Shown: piece after piece, positions 49,411 through 58,956 of the stretch | How positions within the stretch are numbered: the stretch's first letter is position 1 | How the letters are laid out: every line of letters begins with the position of its first letter | Translations under genes and position numbers: made by a program | Notes under the pieces: generated by a model | Seen by the model: the letters and a program-made list of their open reading frames with translations, nothing else | Told to the model about the DNA's origin: nothing | Database searches by the model: none | DNA from: Negativicutes bacterium | GTDB lineage: Bacteria; Bacillota; Negativicutes; JAAYSF01 | Length of the DNA: 64,000 nucleotides | Direction of reading: 5' to 3' | Assembly (NCBI GenBank): GCA_028707635.1 | Contig: JAQWAQ010000001.1 | Coordinates: 51,336-115,335, forward strand

Positions 49411-50304
49411 ATGCGAAAAAGTTGGATTGTGGTCATATTAACAGCTTTATTGTTATTGACAATTTCTAGTACCGTTTTAGCAAATTCCACGAAAAGAATC
49501 GGTGTGCTGACCTTAAATAACGACAGCTCATACACACAATTTGGATCTATTGCCGCTGAAACAATTACTGCTGATTTAGCGAAGCTAAAATCTTGTGTTG
49601 TCGTTGAACGAAACGAGTTATCTAGCGTTTTTGCTGAACAAAGCTTTGGTGCCAAAGGATACATTGATGAAGCAACAGTTACAGAATTAGGCGGGATCCT
49701 TGGTCTGAACTACCTGCTAATGGGTTCTGTTGATTGCGATTCGGTGAAAGAACGTGGGCACTATTATTATAATAAAAAACATAAGCGAAATGAATGGATA
49801 GACGGAACCCAAAAGACAACTGTTATGCTTACTCTAAAATTAATTGATGTCAAAAACGGACACATCGTTTGGTCAGATCAATCAAGCGTTACTAATTATA
49901 ACGACGATATTAACATCACTCTTGCCGAAGCAGCGTATGATTCTGTACGAAAAATATATAAATTTATTCCCTTGCAGGGTTATATAATTAAAAACGACGC
50001 TGGCCAATATATTATTGATTTAGGCACTAATCACAATGTTACTACTGGTGATATTTTTGAAGTAAATAGCGTCAACAGCACTATTCACCATCCTGTAACT
50101 GGTGAACTTATTGTAATGAAAAAAAATGTTGGCGAACTTAAAGTAACAGAAGTTTTTGATTCCATTTGTGCTGCTAAAATCAAAGATTCAGATGACGAAA
50201 AAGCAATGGAAAATATTCAACCTGGAGATATTGTAGTAAAGAAATTAAAGAAAAAGCCACGTGGCTTCTTGGGGTTAGGCTGGTCAGGCAAACACGATTT
50301 TTAA
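49411..50304 (+). CDS. CsgG-family-like (curli secretion/LpoB-like fold) secreted protein
   Basis: Signal peptide. KRIGVLTLNNDSS...AETITADLAKLKSCVVVERNELSSVFAEQSFGAKGYIDEATVTELGGILGLNYLLMGSV matches the CsgG-family pattern. Confidence 0.65.
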   Translation: MRKSWIVVILTALLLLTISSTVLANSTKRIGVLTLNNDSSYTQFGSIAAETITADLAKLKSCVVVERNELSSVFAEQSFGAKGYIDEATVTELGGILGLNYLLMGSVDCDSVKERGHYYYNKKHKRNEWIDGTQKTTVMLTLKLIDVKNGHIVWSDQSSVTNYNDDINITLAEAAYDSVRKIYKFIPLQGYIIKNDAGQYIIDLGTNHNVTTGDIFEVNSVNSTIHHPVTGELIVMKKNVGELKVTEVFDSICAAKIKDSDDEKAMENIQPGDIVVKKLKKKPRGFLGLGWSGKHDF

Positions 50305-50311
50305 AAAAATA

Positions 50312-50341
50312 AGGACAGTTGCAAATTTGCAACTGTCCTTA
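50312..50341. terminator. Bidirectional terminator
   Basis: AAGGACAGTTGCAAATTTGCAACTGTCCTT is a perfect hairpin, followed by ATTTTTTGTT. Confidence 0.85.
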
Positions 50342-50349
50342 TTTTTTGT

Positions 50350-51444
50350 TCACTTAAGGGAAATGGTAATACAATTGTTGGATACTTCGATGACTTTAAT
50401 AGGTAATTGAGGCATAGCTTCTAGCTGTTCAGCTAACACAGTCGGAGATCCCGTGTAGTTAACATCAAGCATAGCAACTCCTTGTTGAAAATCACGTAAA
50501 AATACATTGGCAATGCCTGTTTGCTGCTTAATTGAGCGATTTAATAAATTGACAATGGAATAGTCATTGACTCCCATAACTTTAATTTGAACACCCTTTT
50601 CTGGGTTGGCTGCATAGGTTAGAAGTTTTTCGGCAAAATATTTGCCTGCAGCTTTACCGGCATTGTTTAGAGACTTTTTAGCGGCCGTTAATTCTGTTAT
50701 ATCAATACCGCCAAGCTGAAAACCTTGCGCAGCTATAATCTCGCCTGTATCCACCTTGATCATTCTGGCTTCTACTCGGGCGCGACAGGATATAATACTG
50801 CCTCCCATATCCCGACCGGCATACTCGGCAAAACCTTCTCCTACGATTAAGTAATCCATCCTGTCTTTTAGCATCATCAGAAGAGCTGTTTGACTATCTC
50901 CTTGAATTATTGCCTTTACAGTGTCCGACTGACGGATTTGAGCTAAGCTATCGGGATCTACAATCCTACGAAATCCGGCTTCGGCTAATTGATCGATAAC
51001 TGCTGTTTCGGCAGCTGAATCAGAGATAGGCCGTATGTAGTATTCTTTAATTACGACACCAATTCGCGGATCACGCAACCCCATATCAATTAGTTTTAAA
51101 CGTTGAAGTTTTGTCATTAAGGTTGAGTTGGGCTGTGAGTCAACTGTTACATGGGCCTGCAATGTAAATACACCGTTCGCTTCTTTCTCACTTATAATAG
51201 TATAGTCACGGATATATCCCTGTGATTTTGCATATATCTCATCTTTTAACACCATATTGTTTTGCACCAGCGTTTGAGAGTCAATTAAAGTTCCCACCGC
51301 TTGCTCAACGGCCTGGCGCATGGCGTCATGCAGCGCCGCCTCACGCGTTGGCCCTTGCCCGTCTACAAGGACTGTCTGTGCTGATACCAACAGGCATTGT
51401 GAAATTACAATTAATGTGATAACCATGATTTTTAATGCTTGCAA
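50350..51444 (-). CDS. Secreted multi-domain protein with LPP20-like and CsgG-like modules
   Basis: Signal peptide. The N-terminal LPP20-like region reads REAALHDAMRQAVEQAVGTLIDSQTLV. The central CsgG-like segment reads PRIGVVIKEYY...YLIVGEGFAEYAG. Confidence 0.55.
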   Translation of the reverse strand: MQALKIMVITLIVISQCLLVSAQTVLVDGQGPTREAALHDAMRQAVEQAVGTLIDSQTLVQNNMVLKDEIYAKSQGYIRDYTIISEKEANGVFTLQAHVTVDSQPNSTLMTKLQRLKLIDMGLRDPRIGVVIKEYYIRPISDSAAETAVIDQLAEAGFRRIVDPDSLAQIRQSDTVKAIIQGDSQTALLMMLKDRMDYLIVGEGFAEYAGRDMGGSIISCRARVEARMIKVDTGEIIAAQGFQLGGIDITELTAAKKSLNNAGKAAGKYFAEKLLTYAANPEKGVQIKVMGVNDYSIVNLLNRSIKQQTGIANVFLRDFQQGVAMLDVNYTGSPTVLAEQLEAMPQLPIKVIEVSNNCITISLK

Positions 51445-51508
51445 ATTAAACCACCCTTATCCTGAAACTTTACACATGCAATCAATACTGTTTGGCTGCT
51501 GTCGAAGC

Positions 51509-52357
51509 TTATTGAAGGAAAACTACAGGACAGTTCCGAAAAAAGCCAGATTCCGCATTTGCTGATAAAATTATGTCCGCATCTTCTCTGGCAATCACAG
51601 GATTCCGATTAAAATCATTAAGTCTTAACGCTTTTACATAAATTGGCTGATCCCCAGCCCGCGAAACATCGCCGGGATTATCAGGACCGGCATAGCCAAC
51701 CGCGCCATAGTTAATAATGAAACTCGAGTCAATAAATTGAGCTCCATAAATAATACGACCCAAATCATCTATAATTATCGGAGACATTACCCGATCAAGA
51801 TCTAGACCGCGACAATCTACAATCACTCCGGTAACTGAATTTAACGGTACCATTCTGTTTTGCATCTGAACAGTTTCAACGGACTCGACTGGCGCCGGAG
51901 CATCTATAACGGCTGGCTTATGAGCCCAAATACTAGCGGCCAAACTATCTTGGGCACCAAATATATTGACGCTCAATGTTACTAGGTATGTACCATTAGG
52001 CATTTGTTCTTCTTTTAAAATCTTAGCATTTTTGATTAGCCCTGATACTGCTATTTTTGTATTGTCTTCTACTACCATTAACTGCTCAACAGTTGTATTA
52101 CTGTCAACCTGCACTCCATAAATTTGCTCGGCAAGTCCCCGGTAAGCATCTACTATGGCTGCTCTGCGCGCGAGTACAGCTCCCAAAGCATCACTTGCAA
52201 TGTTTTGTGGTCGAATGCCTGTACCTGTTGCCGCAACTATACCTTCCTGCCATTTCACACCATTGCTGATTTCGGTAAGGCTGTTTGGTGCAGCAAAAGA
52301 TACACTTGTCATTAGCATCATCACGACTGCAAAACTGAATATAAATAGCTTTTTCAT
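51509..52357 (-). CDS. LPP20-family-like secreted lipoprotein with an extra C-terminal domain
   Basis: Signal peptide. The LPP20-like region reads GIVAATGTGIRPQNIASDALGAVLARRAAIVDAYRGLAEQIYGVQV. Confidence 0.55.
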   Translation of the reverse strand: MKKLFIFSFAVVMMLMTSVSFAAPNSLTEISNGVKWQEGIVAATGTGIRPQNIASDALGAVLARRAAIVDAYRGLAEQIYGVQVDSNTTVEQLMVVEDNTKIAVSGLIKNAKILKEEQMPNGTYLVTLSVNIFGAQDSLAASIWAHKPAVIDAPAPVESVETVQMQNRMVPLNSVTGVIVDCRGLDLDRVMSPIIIDDLGRIIYGAQFIDSSFIINYGAVGYAGPDNPGDVSRAGDQPIYVKALRLNDFNRNPVIAREDADIILSANAESGFFRNCPVVFLQ

Positions 52358-52500
52358 TTAAGTCCCTCCTTTTGAAATCAAAGAATTTGGTAATTATATG
52401 TATCCATATAGATTCCAACGAAATACAAAATATCCTGCAATTCTTAAAAAAATTGCAGGATATTTCCGTGTGTCACACCCTACACCTCATCTTTTGTTTT

Positions 52501-52886
52501 TCACCTCTGTGAATTTTTTACGCCAATAGGTACATGCCCGGTTGGGACTACTTTTGATGCAGTTATGCAGTATGTATGTTGGTCGTCAAAGAAAATGTGC
52601 GGATTAAAGCTCTCTAATATTGGCGCCTTGTCCAAGCCACCTAAAAAGAAAGCCTCATCAACGCCAATTCCCCATTCACGAAGCGTCTTTATTGCGCGCG
52701 CATGGGCAGGCGCTTTATTAACGGAAAGGCTACTCCATGTCCCAGCACTTCATTTTCGTGCTCTATCTGATACGCCGTATATTCATCCTCGCCTTTTTTA
52801 TCAAAAATTCTATTACTGTCATCTAAATCAAAAAGTGCCCGCGAAGATATCGCGATTACTAATTTACTTTCCAATGTAACAGACAT
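52501..52886 (-). pseudogene. Frameshifted fragment of a bacterial 5'-nucleotidase family gene (N-terminal HAD-like region)
   Basis: Frame 1 gives MSVTLESKLVIAISSRALFDLDDSNRIFDKKGEDEYTAYQIEHENEV.. ending in a stop. The next frame continues ..TLREWGIGVDEAFFLGGLDKAPILESFNPHIFFDDQ... The total length is far shorter than the family norm. Confidence 0.5.
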
Positions 52887-52966
52887 CTTGGCTACCTCCC
52901 CTATAAAAAATAGGATTGCTTACAACTAGCATTGTAAAATCCCCTTCCTAACAAAACTCTCACTAA

Positions 52967-53227
52967 AAGTTACACCAGCAAACTCAAGGCTCAGAGACTC
53001 ATAGTAGCGACTTTTCCTATTTTCTTGAAAGCCGTGAGCGATTAAAAGAAGAAATTCGTCGCATTATATTACAGAATACAGACGAGCAGGAGCCTTATGA
53101 AATTGCAGGCTGGCTTAAAACAAATCGAAATTCTTTAATCCACGATTTTAAAGAAAATGCTAGCCTTTCGATTCGCCAGATTGAGCAGGCAACCGGTATA
53201 TCTTATGGTGTTACCGCAAAAAGCTGA
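52967..53227 (+). pseudogene. Remnant of a RAYT-type transposase C-terminal (DnaA-C-like HTH) domain
   Basis: ..ASLSIRQIEQATGISYGVTAKS* parallels ..LSIRQIERLTGINRGIVFKA* of the intact transposase at 23343..24113. It has no start codon and no catalytic domain. Confidence 0.5.
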
Positions 53228-53235
53228 CAAGAAAA

Positions 53236-53409
53236 GAACGTCAGGCTGTGCGAAAACAAATTCCCATAAATTCCATTCACCACCCAGATATTAAAACCAG
53301 GCACTAACATTGAATTTAGGAACAAAATAATAGTGGAATATCGCTGATGCCCTCCACTTTTTCGGTATTTTCCCGACCAACTTGGAGTTTCCGCACAGCC
53401 TGACGTCCC
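53236..53409. repeat. Inverted repeat with 22-bp arms enclosing ~130 bp (MITE-like or hairpin element)
   Basis: GAACGTCAGGCTGTGCGAAAAC (53236-53257) pairs with GTTTCCGCACAGCCTGACGTCCC (53387-53409). The arm sequence is related to the GGAACGTCCCC..CTGTCC motif seen at 23001, 60041 and 63362. Confidence 0.6.
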
Positions 53410-53443
53410 TAATTGTCCTAATATAATATTCTTCTTCATCCGT

Positions 53444-54055
53444 TCATTTTTTTCCACTCATAATAAATAAAGAATAGTCCACACTTACTTCTCCAATCAT
53501 TTTTTTATCACTATAAAAACTGTATGATTCTATTCTTTGAAATCCAATTTTTTCAAGAACCTTTTTTAGTTCATTTTGATTAAATCCATTATGACCAATA
53601 AAATCTTTCTCTGATTCATGGAAACTCCCATCATCCTCATCCAACTCAATAATACATATATATCCATATTTTTTTAACAAGCGATATAAGTTTGTTAAAG
53701 TTCTTTCAATGTCTACGATATGGTGTAATGCCATCGACGTATAAATTAAATCATATGTAGGTATTAATAGGCAATCATCATTAATATCGAGCTGATGAGC
53801 TCTCATATTTTTCACTTGGTGCTGTTGAATTTTTAAATTTAACGTATCTATCATCCCTTGTGATGTATCAATGCAAGTTATGTCTTTAAGGTTGTCATAG
53901 AGATTAAAGCTAACGAGACCAGTTCCAGAACCAAACTCTAAGGCGCTATAATACTGCTCAAGTTTAACAACACGAGCTATCTGGTCCGCAATAATCTTTG
54001 CTCTTTTGATTCTTTTTTCATTATCCCAGTTTGTAGCTTGAATATTAAAATCCAT
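53444..54055 (-). CDS. Class I SAM-dependent methyltransferase
   Basis: Motif I reads ALEFGSGTGLVSF. The fold is consistent with Methyltransf_11/25. The protein is 203 aa. Confidence 0.8.
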   Translation of the reverse strand: MDFNIQATNWDNEKRIKRAKIIADQIARVVKLEQYYSALEFGSGTGLVSFNLYDNLKDITCIDTSQGMIDTLNLKIQQHQVKNMRAHQLDINDDCLLIPTYDLIYTSMALHHIVDIERTLTNLYRLLKKYGYICIIELDEDDGSFHESEKDFIGHNGFNQNELKKVLEKIGFQRIESYSFYSDKKMIGEVSVDYSLFIMSGKK

Positions 54056-54266
54056 TTTTCACCTCCTATTAGATTGCTTTCCATATAAATACAATATTCC
54101 TGCCAAATTCATCAAAAAAATTTGACAGGATTTTTTCACCATCACCATACGGTTCCCCGTAACAGGTCAAGGGGTGCAGATTTTTGATTATCTTTCTGCC
54201 CTCATTGCCCTCTTCATTTGATAAATTTTTTATTTATACCGGATATGAATCATTTTATTGATTTGT

Positions 54267-54840
54267 CTTTAAGAGATTATGTAATCGACGTCTCATACCG
54301 TCGGGCTACCTCCTTCCAGTCAATTACTTGAAAGAAACCTTCGATATAATCAGGGCGGAGTTTTTTATATTTTAGATAATAAGCATGCTCCCACACATCA
54401 ATCGTGAAAATAGGTCTCCATTTGGCTTCTTGTTCCATAAACGGATTATCTTAATTGGGAGTGGAGCTTATTGCAAGATTTCCTGCGCAATCGGTAGAAA
54501 GCCATGCCCACCCTGATCCAAATCGTGCAAGAGTTGCGGACTTTATTTTTTCCTTAAAGCCAGCAAAACTTCCGAAATCTTTCTCAATTTGCTTTGCCAG
54601 AATCCCTGTCGGCTCTCCGCCGCCTTCAGGTGACATAACTGAAAATAGAGATTATGATTATAGTATCCACCCCCATTATTTTGGATGGCAGTTCGTAGTG
54701 TTATATCAGAAATAGCGGGCAGATTTGTCAAGATTTCTTCCACAGTCCTGCCAGAGAGTTCTGGCACCTTTTCTCCAACAAACGGTAGTCCTAAAATCAT
54801 AGCTATCAGTGAAAATGCTGCCACAACTGGTGACACACGA
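54267..54840 (-). pseudogene. sodA: Fe/Mn superoxide dismutase pseudogene with a frameshift and an in-frame nonsense codon
   Basis: The N-domain frame reads ..[16 protein letters not shown].. The C-domain is in another frame: ..[46 protein letters not shown]...ISSTPN-TAA-DNPFMEQEAKWRPIFTIDVWEHAYYLKYKKLRPDYIEGFFQVIDWKEVARR. A TAA sits where the conserved Gln of STPNQDNP is expected. Confidence 0.8.
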
Positions 54841-54977
54841 CCTACATCCCCAAATTTTAACGCGAAGTAATAGACTAATAATCAAACTGGGTATAATCAG
54901 TGTGGCTAGTGGTTGTAATTCCAGCTAAAAAATATGCATTCATCCTTCTGTCCTAGCCTCCTGTTCGAACTATCACA

Positions 54978-55715
54978 TTAAATCACTCTTAATATCATTA
55001 AGATTCCCAAAATAAAAACTCCTACTAATATGATCTTTTTAAACAACTCATATGAAACTTTAGGAAGTATTTTACTCCCTAAAATCGTACCTAAAATCGC
55101 CGATACAACCACAGCGGCCAGAAGCATAATATTTTCCTGCATGTACTTATAGTTAGAATATGCATAAATAGGTATACGTGTCGAATCTATGATTACGGCA
55201 ATTAAAGCAGACGACACGATTAGCTCTTTCTTTTCCATTTCATAGTTCAATAAATATAGAGAGCGAATTGCCCCCTGATTTCCTATTAATCCACCAATTA
55301 ATCCAGATAGAAAACCGCCTATGAAATCTACATTTGCAGATAATGTAATTTTAATCTTATTAGGAATTAGTGTTAGTAAACTATAGACAATCAAGAAGAC
55401 ACCCAACCCGACCTTCAACCAACTGCTGTCCAGATAGATTTGAGCAAACGATCCAATAAAGGCTCCGATTATGCTTACAACTCCGAATCGCCTTATGATT
55501 CCCCAATTTATTTCTGATCTGTATAATGCTAAGCGAGACATATTGTTAAAAAAGTGAACAATCGCTGCTAGGAATATGGCTACTTTAACATCAAAAAACA
55601 GGGCCATGATTGGCATCATAATTGTACCAACCCCAAACCCAGTAAATAGGGTAATCAAAGAAGTTACCATTGTAACAGGAATTAAAACAAGATATTGATA
55701 AAATACTACATCCAT
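54978..55715 (-). CDS. TauE/SafE-family (DUF81) sulfite/anion exporter membrane protein
   Basis: Polytopic protein with Gly-rich TM repeats (GFGVGTIMMP...GGFLSGLIGGLIGNQGA). The start ATG at 55715 follows GAGGTG. Confidence 0.75.
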   Translation of the reverse strand: MDVVFYQYLVLIPVTMVTSLITLFTGFGVGTIMMPIMALFFDVKVAIFLAAIVHFFNNMSRLALYRSEINWGIIRRFGVVSIIGAFIGSFAQIYLDSSWLKVGLGVFLIVYSLLTLIPNKIKITLSANVDFIGGFLSGLIGGLIGNQGAIRSLYLLNYEMEKKELIVSSALIAVIIDSTRIPIYAYSNYKYMQENIMLLAAVVVSAILGTILGSKILPKVSYELFKKIILVGVFILGILMILRVI

Positions 55716-55927
55716 ACTATCACACCTCATTTTCTTATTTCCTATACGTCTTTCATATAATGCGTACAACGTATAATCTTGATAGATTGCGACTATCTCA
55801 ATGAGAGTCTATCTAAATCCCTCACATGAACTATTATAACTAATAAATCTTGTGGTTTCCTGTAATTTTTTGAACGAGATGTATAAATTGATCTTTTTCT
55901 ACTGGTTGCAAAGCCGATATCATCGAG

Positions 55928-56260
55928 CTAAAAAAAGCCTGATCTTTCTTCGATATGCTTTCTCGCAATATCTTGTCCGCTAAAAGCACAATTCAAATAG
56001 ACTGCCTTGCGGTCTCCTTCGCTTCTTCCCCGCTTCACCAGCCCCTTCTCCAGTCTAATTACAATGCCTGTCAAGGTAGATTGTTTAATACAATAATTCT
56101 CGATTATCTTCACGTATATGCTCAAGAACATACGGCTCTTTCCCAGAAAGTCCAGTGATCTCAAACTGTCGCGCTTCCTTTTCTTTAAATAAGTGAATCA
56201 ATCTATGAAATATCTGAAAATCATCCATATCAAAAGAGACTCAACTGTATGTCTCCGTTA
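55928..56260 (-). pseudogene. Decayed ORF fragments of unknown family. Two frames abut.
   Basis: ..MDDFQIFHRLIHLFKEKEARQFEITGLSGKEPYVLEHIREDNRELLY* is followed in another frame by ..TGIVIRLEKGLVKRGRSEGDRKAVYLNCAFSGQDIARKHIEERSGFF*. There is no convincing start or RBS. Confidence 0.3.
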
Positions 56261-56392
56261 GAGTACAGACGATATATTTCAAATACAGCTGCATAAAAAA
56301 TGATGTCAATCATAACTTAATGATTGACATCATAAAACTTTTATTTTTTTCTACTGTCTACTTGACAGGGGGCACTTCATTGTGGAATGGTT

Positions 56393-56444
56393 GAGGCTGT
56401 TTTTCGCCATTACCAGTGATACGGTTCTCCGTATCAGGTATAGC
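56393..56444 (+). repeat. About 50-nt hairpin-containing repeat, copy 1
   Basis: TTTTCGCCATTACCAGTGATACGGTTCTCCGTATCAGGTA with stem GATACGG/CCGTATC. The second copy is at 57850-57900. Together they flank phzF. Confidence 0.6.
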
Positions 56445-56549
56445 GGCGAACTTTCACTACATTGTTTCGCACGCAAACTGTCCACACTTATTTAAAAGCT
56501 CAAGCCTGACACCTAGCATCTCTCGTATTAGGTATATCTCATTTACGGA

Positions 56550-57404
56550 CTAAACAAAAAGCTCTCCCTCTCCAAAAAACGACACTTCTCCGCGTATAAA
56601 TATTCTTTTGCCTGATTCCATTTCAGTGGCCCAACCTTGAATAAGACTAGGCCTACCAATATATTTCCCCTGATAAATATTAATTATCTCGTCCAATTTC
56701 TTAAAGCCATTTTTGATTAGGTATGCACATAACGGTCCTGCCGCACTTCCTGTAGCAACATCCTCTACATTACCCGCATTGTCCCAAGTTCTACATTCTA
56801 ATAATTGGGGGTCGAAAAGATATACAAATTTTGCTCCAAATTTATTAAGTAATCCTTCAAAATTTGGAATAATTATTTTAGTTTTACCTAAATTTGTCTT
56901 TAATGGAACCAGCATATATGGAAGGCCGGTAGATACTACCTCGACTGGATATTCTTCATGAAGGTCACCTATGTTTATATTCAAAGCAGCGGCAATATCC
57001 TGATAATTCTCTCGTGCGACTGTCAACAAAAATTGCGGTTCTCCTTGGTCCATAATAACATTATAGGTATTTTGCATTCGCTCTGATTTTGTATAAATTT
57101 TTCTCCCGGACACGGTAAGGTAAATTTCTACAGCTTCTTGTTCGGGATATAAATATCTATGAATAACAGCACTTGCACCTAGTATCGGATGCCCCGCAAA
57201 ATTCAGTTCTTCCTCTACTGTAAAAATTCTTACAGGATATCCGCCCTTCGACTGTGGGAAAATAAAGATAGTTTCAAATTGCTTAAACTCCTGGGTAATA
57301 TATAATAAGGTTTGGCAATCGAATTCCTTATTAATAAACACAACTGTTAACCCATTACCACTTAACGGTTGCGCAGAAAATACATCCACGTGAGCATAGT
57401 TCAT
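56550..57404 (-). CDS. PhzF-family (phenazine biosynthesis-like, DAP-epimerase-fold) isomerase
   Basis: MNYAHVDVFSAQPLSGNGLTVVF...FAGHPILGASAVIH is the PhzF/YddE signature. The protein is 284 aa. Confidence 0.85.
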   Translation of the reverse strand: MNYAHVDVFSAQPLSGNGLTVVFINKEFDCQTLLYITQEFKQFETIFIFPQSKGGYPVRIFTVEEELNFAGHPILGASAVIHRYLYPEQEAVEIYLTVSGRKIYTKSERMQNTYNVIMDQGEPQFLLTVARENYQDIAAALNINIGDLHEEYPVEVVSTGLPYMLVPLKTNLGKTKIIIPNFEGLLNKFGAKFVYLFDPQLLECRTWDNAGNVEDVATGSAAGPLCAYLIKNGFKKLDEIINIYQGKYIGRPSLIQGWATEMESGKRIFIRGEVSFFGEGELFV

Positions 57405-57849
57405 AGATATCCCCTCTATCTCAATTTCTATATTGTCTATAATTAGTATTCTTCACTGATTTGCCACTCCCTTCGTCTTTTAATCATATTAAACATCTAT
57501 CATAAACAGTTCAATACTTTCCATGATAGAAAAAGTCATAAATCCTTATTGCATAATGATTCAAAAGGAAGCAACGGGACGGTTCTTTTGCTTCCTCATA
57601 GAACCTTTTTTCCTAAAATCCAAACGAAATGAAGCACCAGAACCGCCCCATTGCTTTTACTTGCTTTAAATAAAATACGGCAAATCCCGATAATAGTTTC
57701 TAAAAAATCCACCCTAAAACCAAAAGAAAAACGCTCTGACCACAAGTGTCAAAGCGTATTCCCGAGGCCGTTCAGAATTGCCCAGATGCTAGGCGGCTGC
57801 GAGGAAGCGCGCTCCCGGAGCACCAACAACGCAGGTGGTTAATTATGGG

Positions 57850-57900
57850 CGGCCTCTTTTCGCCGTTACCAATGATACGGCTCTCCGTATCGGGTTAAAC
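57850..57900 (+). repeat. About 50-nt hairpin-containing repeat, copy 2
   Basis: TTTTCGCCGTTACCAATGATACGGCTCTCCGTATCGGGTTA. See copy 1 at 56393-56444. Confidence 0.6.
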
Positions 57901-57993
57901 GACAAAACAGGACAATGAGTTGACCTCATTGCCCTCATGTTTATGGCAATCCGCGCTTAGTAAAGTAACCAAAACTTAAAGCGATGCCAATTT

Positions 57994-58956
57994 TTATATA
58001 TGGCTATTATTGACTTTTACCTTTAACTGCAGTAAATCCGTAAAGAATTCTACAGGAACAAGCGTTTTTCCATTAACGATTTCTGGTGCATAGTCTAATT
58101 GAACAGCCATTTTAAATTTGCCATACGTGTTTCTGCCTATTGTCATAGTTGCCATAGTACGCGCGCCATTTTGCAGCTCAACTGTTTTAGTTTCATCATC
58201 CCAAACAACGTTATAGCCCTGGCTTTCTGCAATAACCCTCAACGGCAACATGAGCGTATTTCCATTGCTTTCTATCCTGTCATCTACGCTTAATACCAGT
58301 TCCTTCCCATTTACAACTATGGTGCCTGCGCTCGGATGAACCGTGATATCTGCTTGATCGTGAAGCAGCACCACCTTAGTTGCCGTGGCCTGTGCAGGTA
58401 TACTCATAGTCATCATATCATACCAAACAATTAATTCCGAACCCTCTTTGATATCTGTAGTTTGTGCAAATACGTCAGGACTAATTGTTACCAGTCTATC
58501 AAAGTTCGTACAAAGTACCTTTATACTTCCGTCTCTATCCTCTTCTACCTTAGCAACTTTCATATACATCCCCGCACTACCCGTTTTGGGCGTCCCTACA
58601 ATTAAAGCAATCGCATTGCCCTGTGGTGGGATACTTCTTGTAACGCTTGGACCATAGTATGCTGTTATCGCATCACTTTTTTTCAACTCTTTAAATGGGA
58701 TCGGTGTACCATCTTGTGCATTTAGAATATAGGTGCTATCTTGTATATTTAAAACTATTTCACTATATGCTCCTTCTCCAAAAACTCTTACTTGACCTTT
58801 GTTGATTTCTTTAATTTTGCCTTTTGTAGAAATTACATTGTGTACAGACCTTTCGATTACTGGTTTTGCAGAGATAATACCTTCCTCCTGTGCGTAAACT
58901 ATGGACATACTTAACATCATTGTAATTGCTAAAATTGTTGATAAAAGTTTTTTCAT
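57994..58956 (-). CDS. Secreted protein with a C-terminal copper-amine-oxidase N-terminal-like (stalk) domain
   Basis: Signal peptide. The C-terminal region reads ..VVNGKELVLSVDDRIESNGNTLMLPLRVIAESQGYNVVWDDETKTVEL..GKTLVPVEFFTDLLQLKV, which is typical of the Cu_amine_oxidN1 domain of Clostridia and Negativicutes. Confidence 0.65.
   Translation of the reverse strand: MKKLLSTILAITMMLSMSIVYAQEEGIISAKPVIERSVHNVISTKGKIKEINKGQVRVFGEGAYSEIVLNIQDSTYILNAQDGTPIPFKELKKSDAITAYYGPSVTRSIPPQGNAIALIVGTPKTGSAGMYMKVAKVEEDRDGSIKVLCTNFDRLVTISPDVFAQTTDIKEGSELIVWYDMMTMSIPAQATATKVVLLHDQADITVHPSAGTIVVNGKELVLSVDDRIESNGNTLMLPLRVIAESQGYNVVWDDETKTVELQNGARTMATMTIGRNTYGKFKMAVQLDYAPEIVNGKTLVPVEFFTDLLQLKVKVNNSHI

Noticed and set aside
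53203-53457. 84-aa minus-strand ORF
   Set aside because: It spans the 22-bp-arm inverted-repeat element and overlaps the methyltransferase stop. Its composition is not coding-like.
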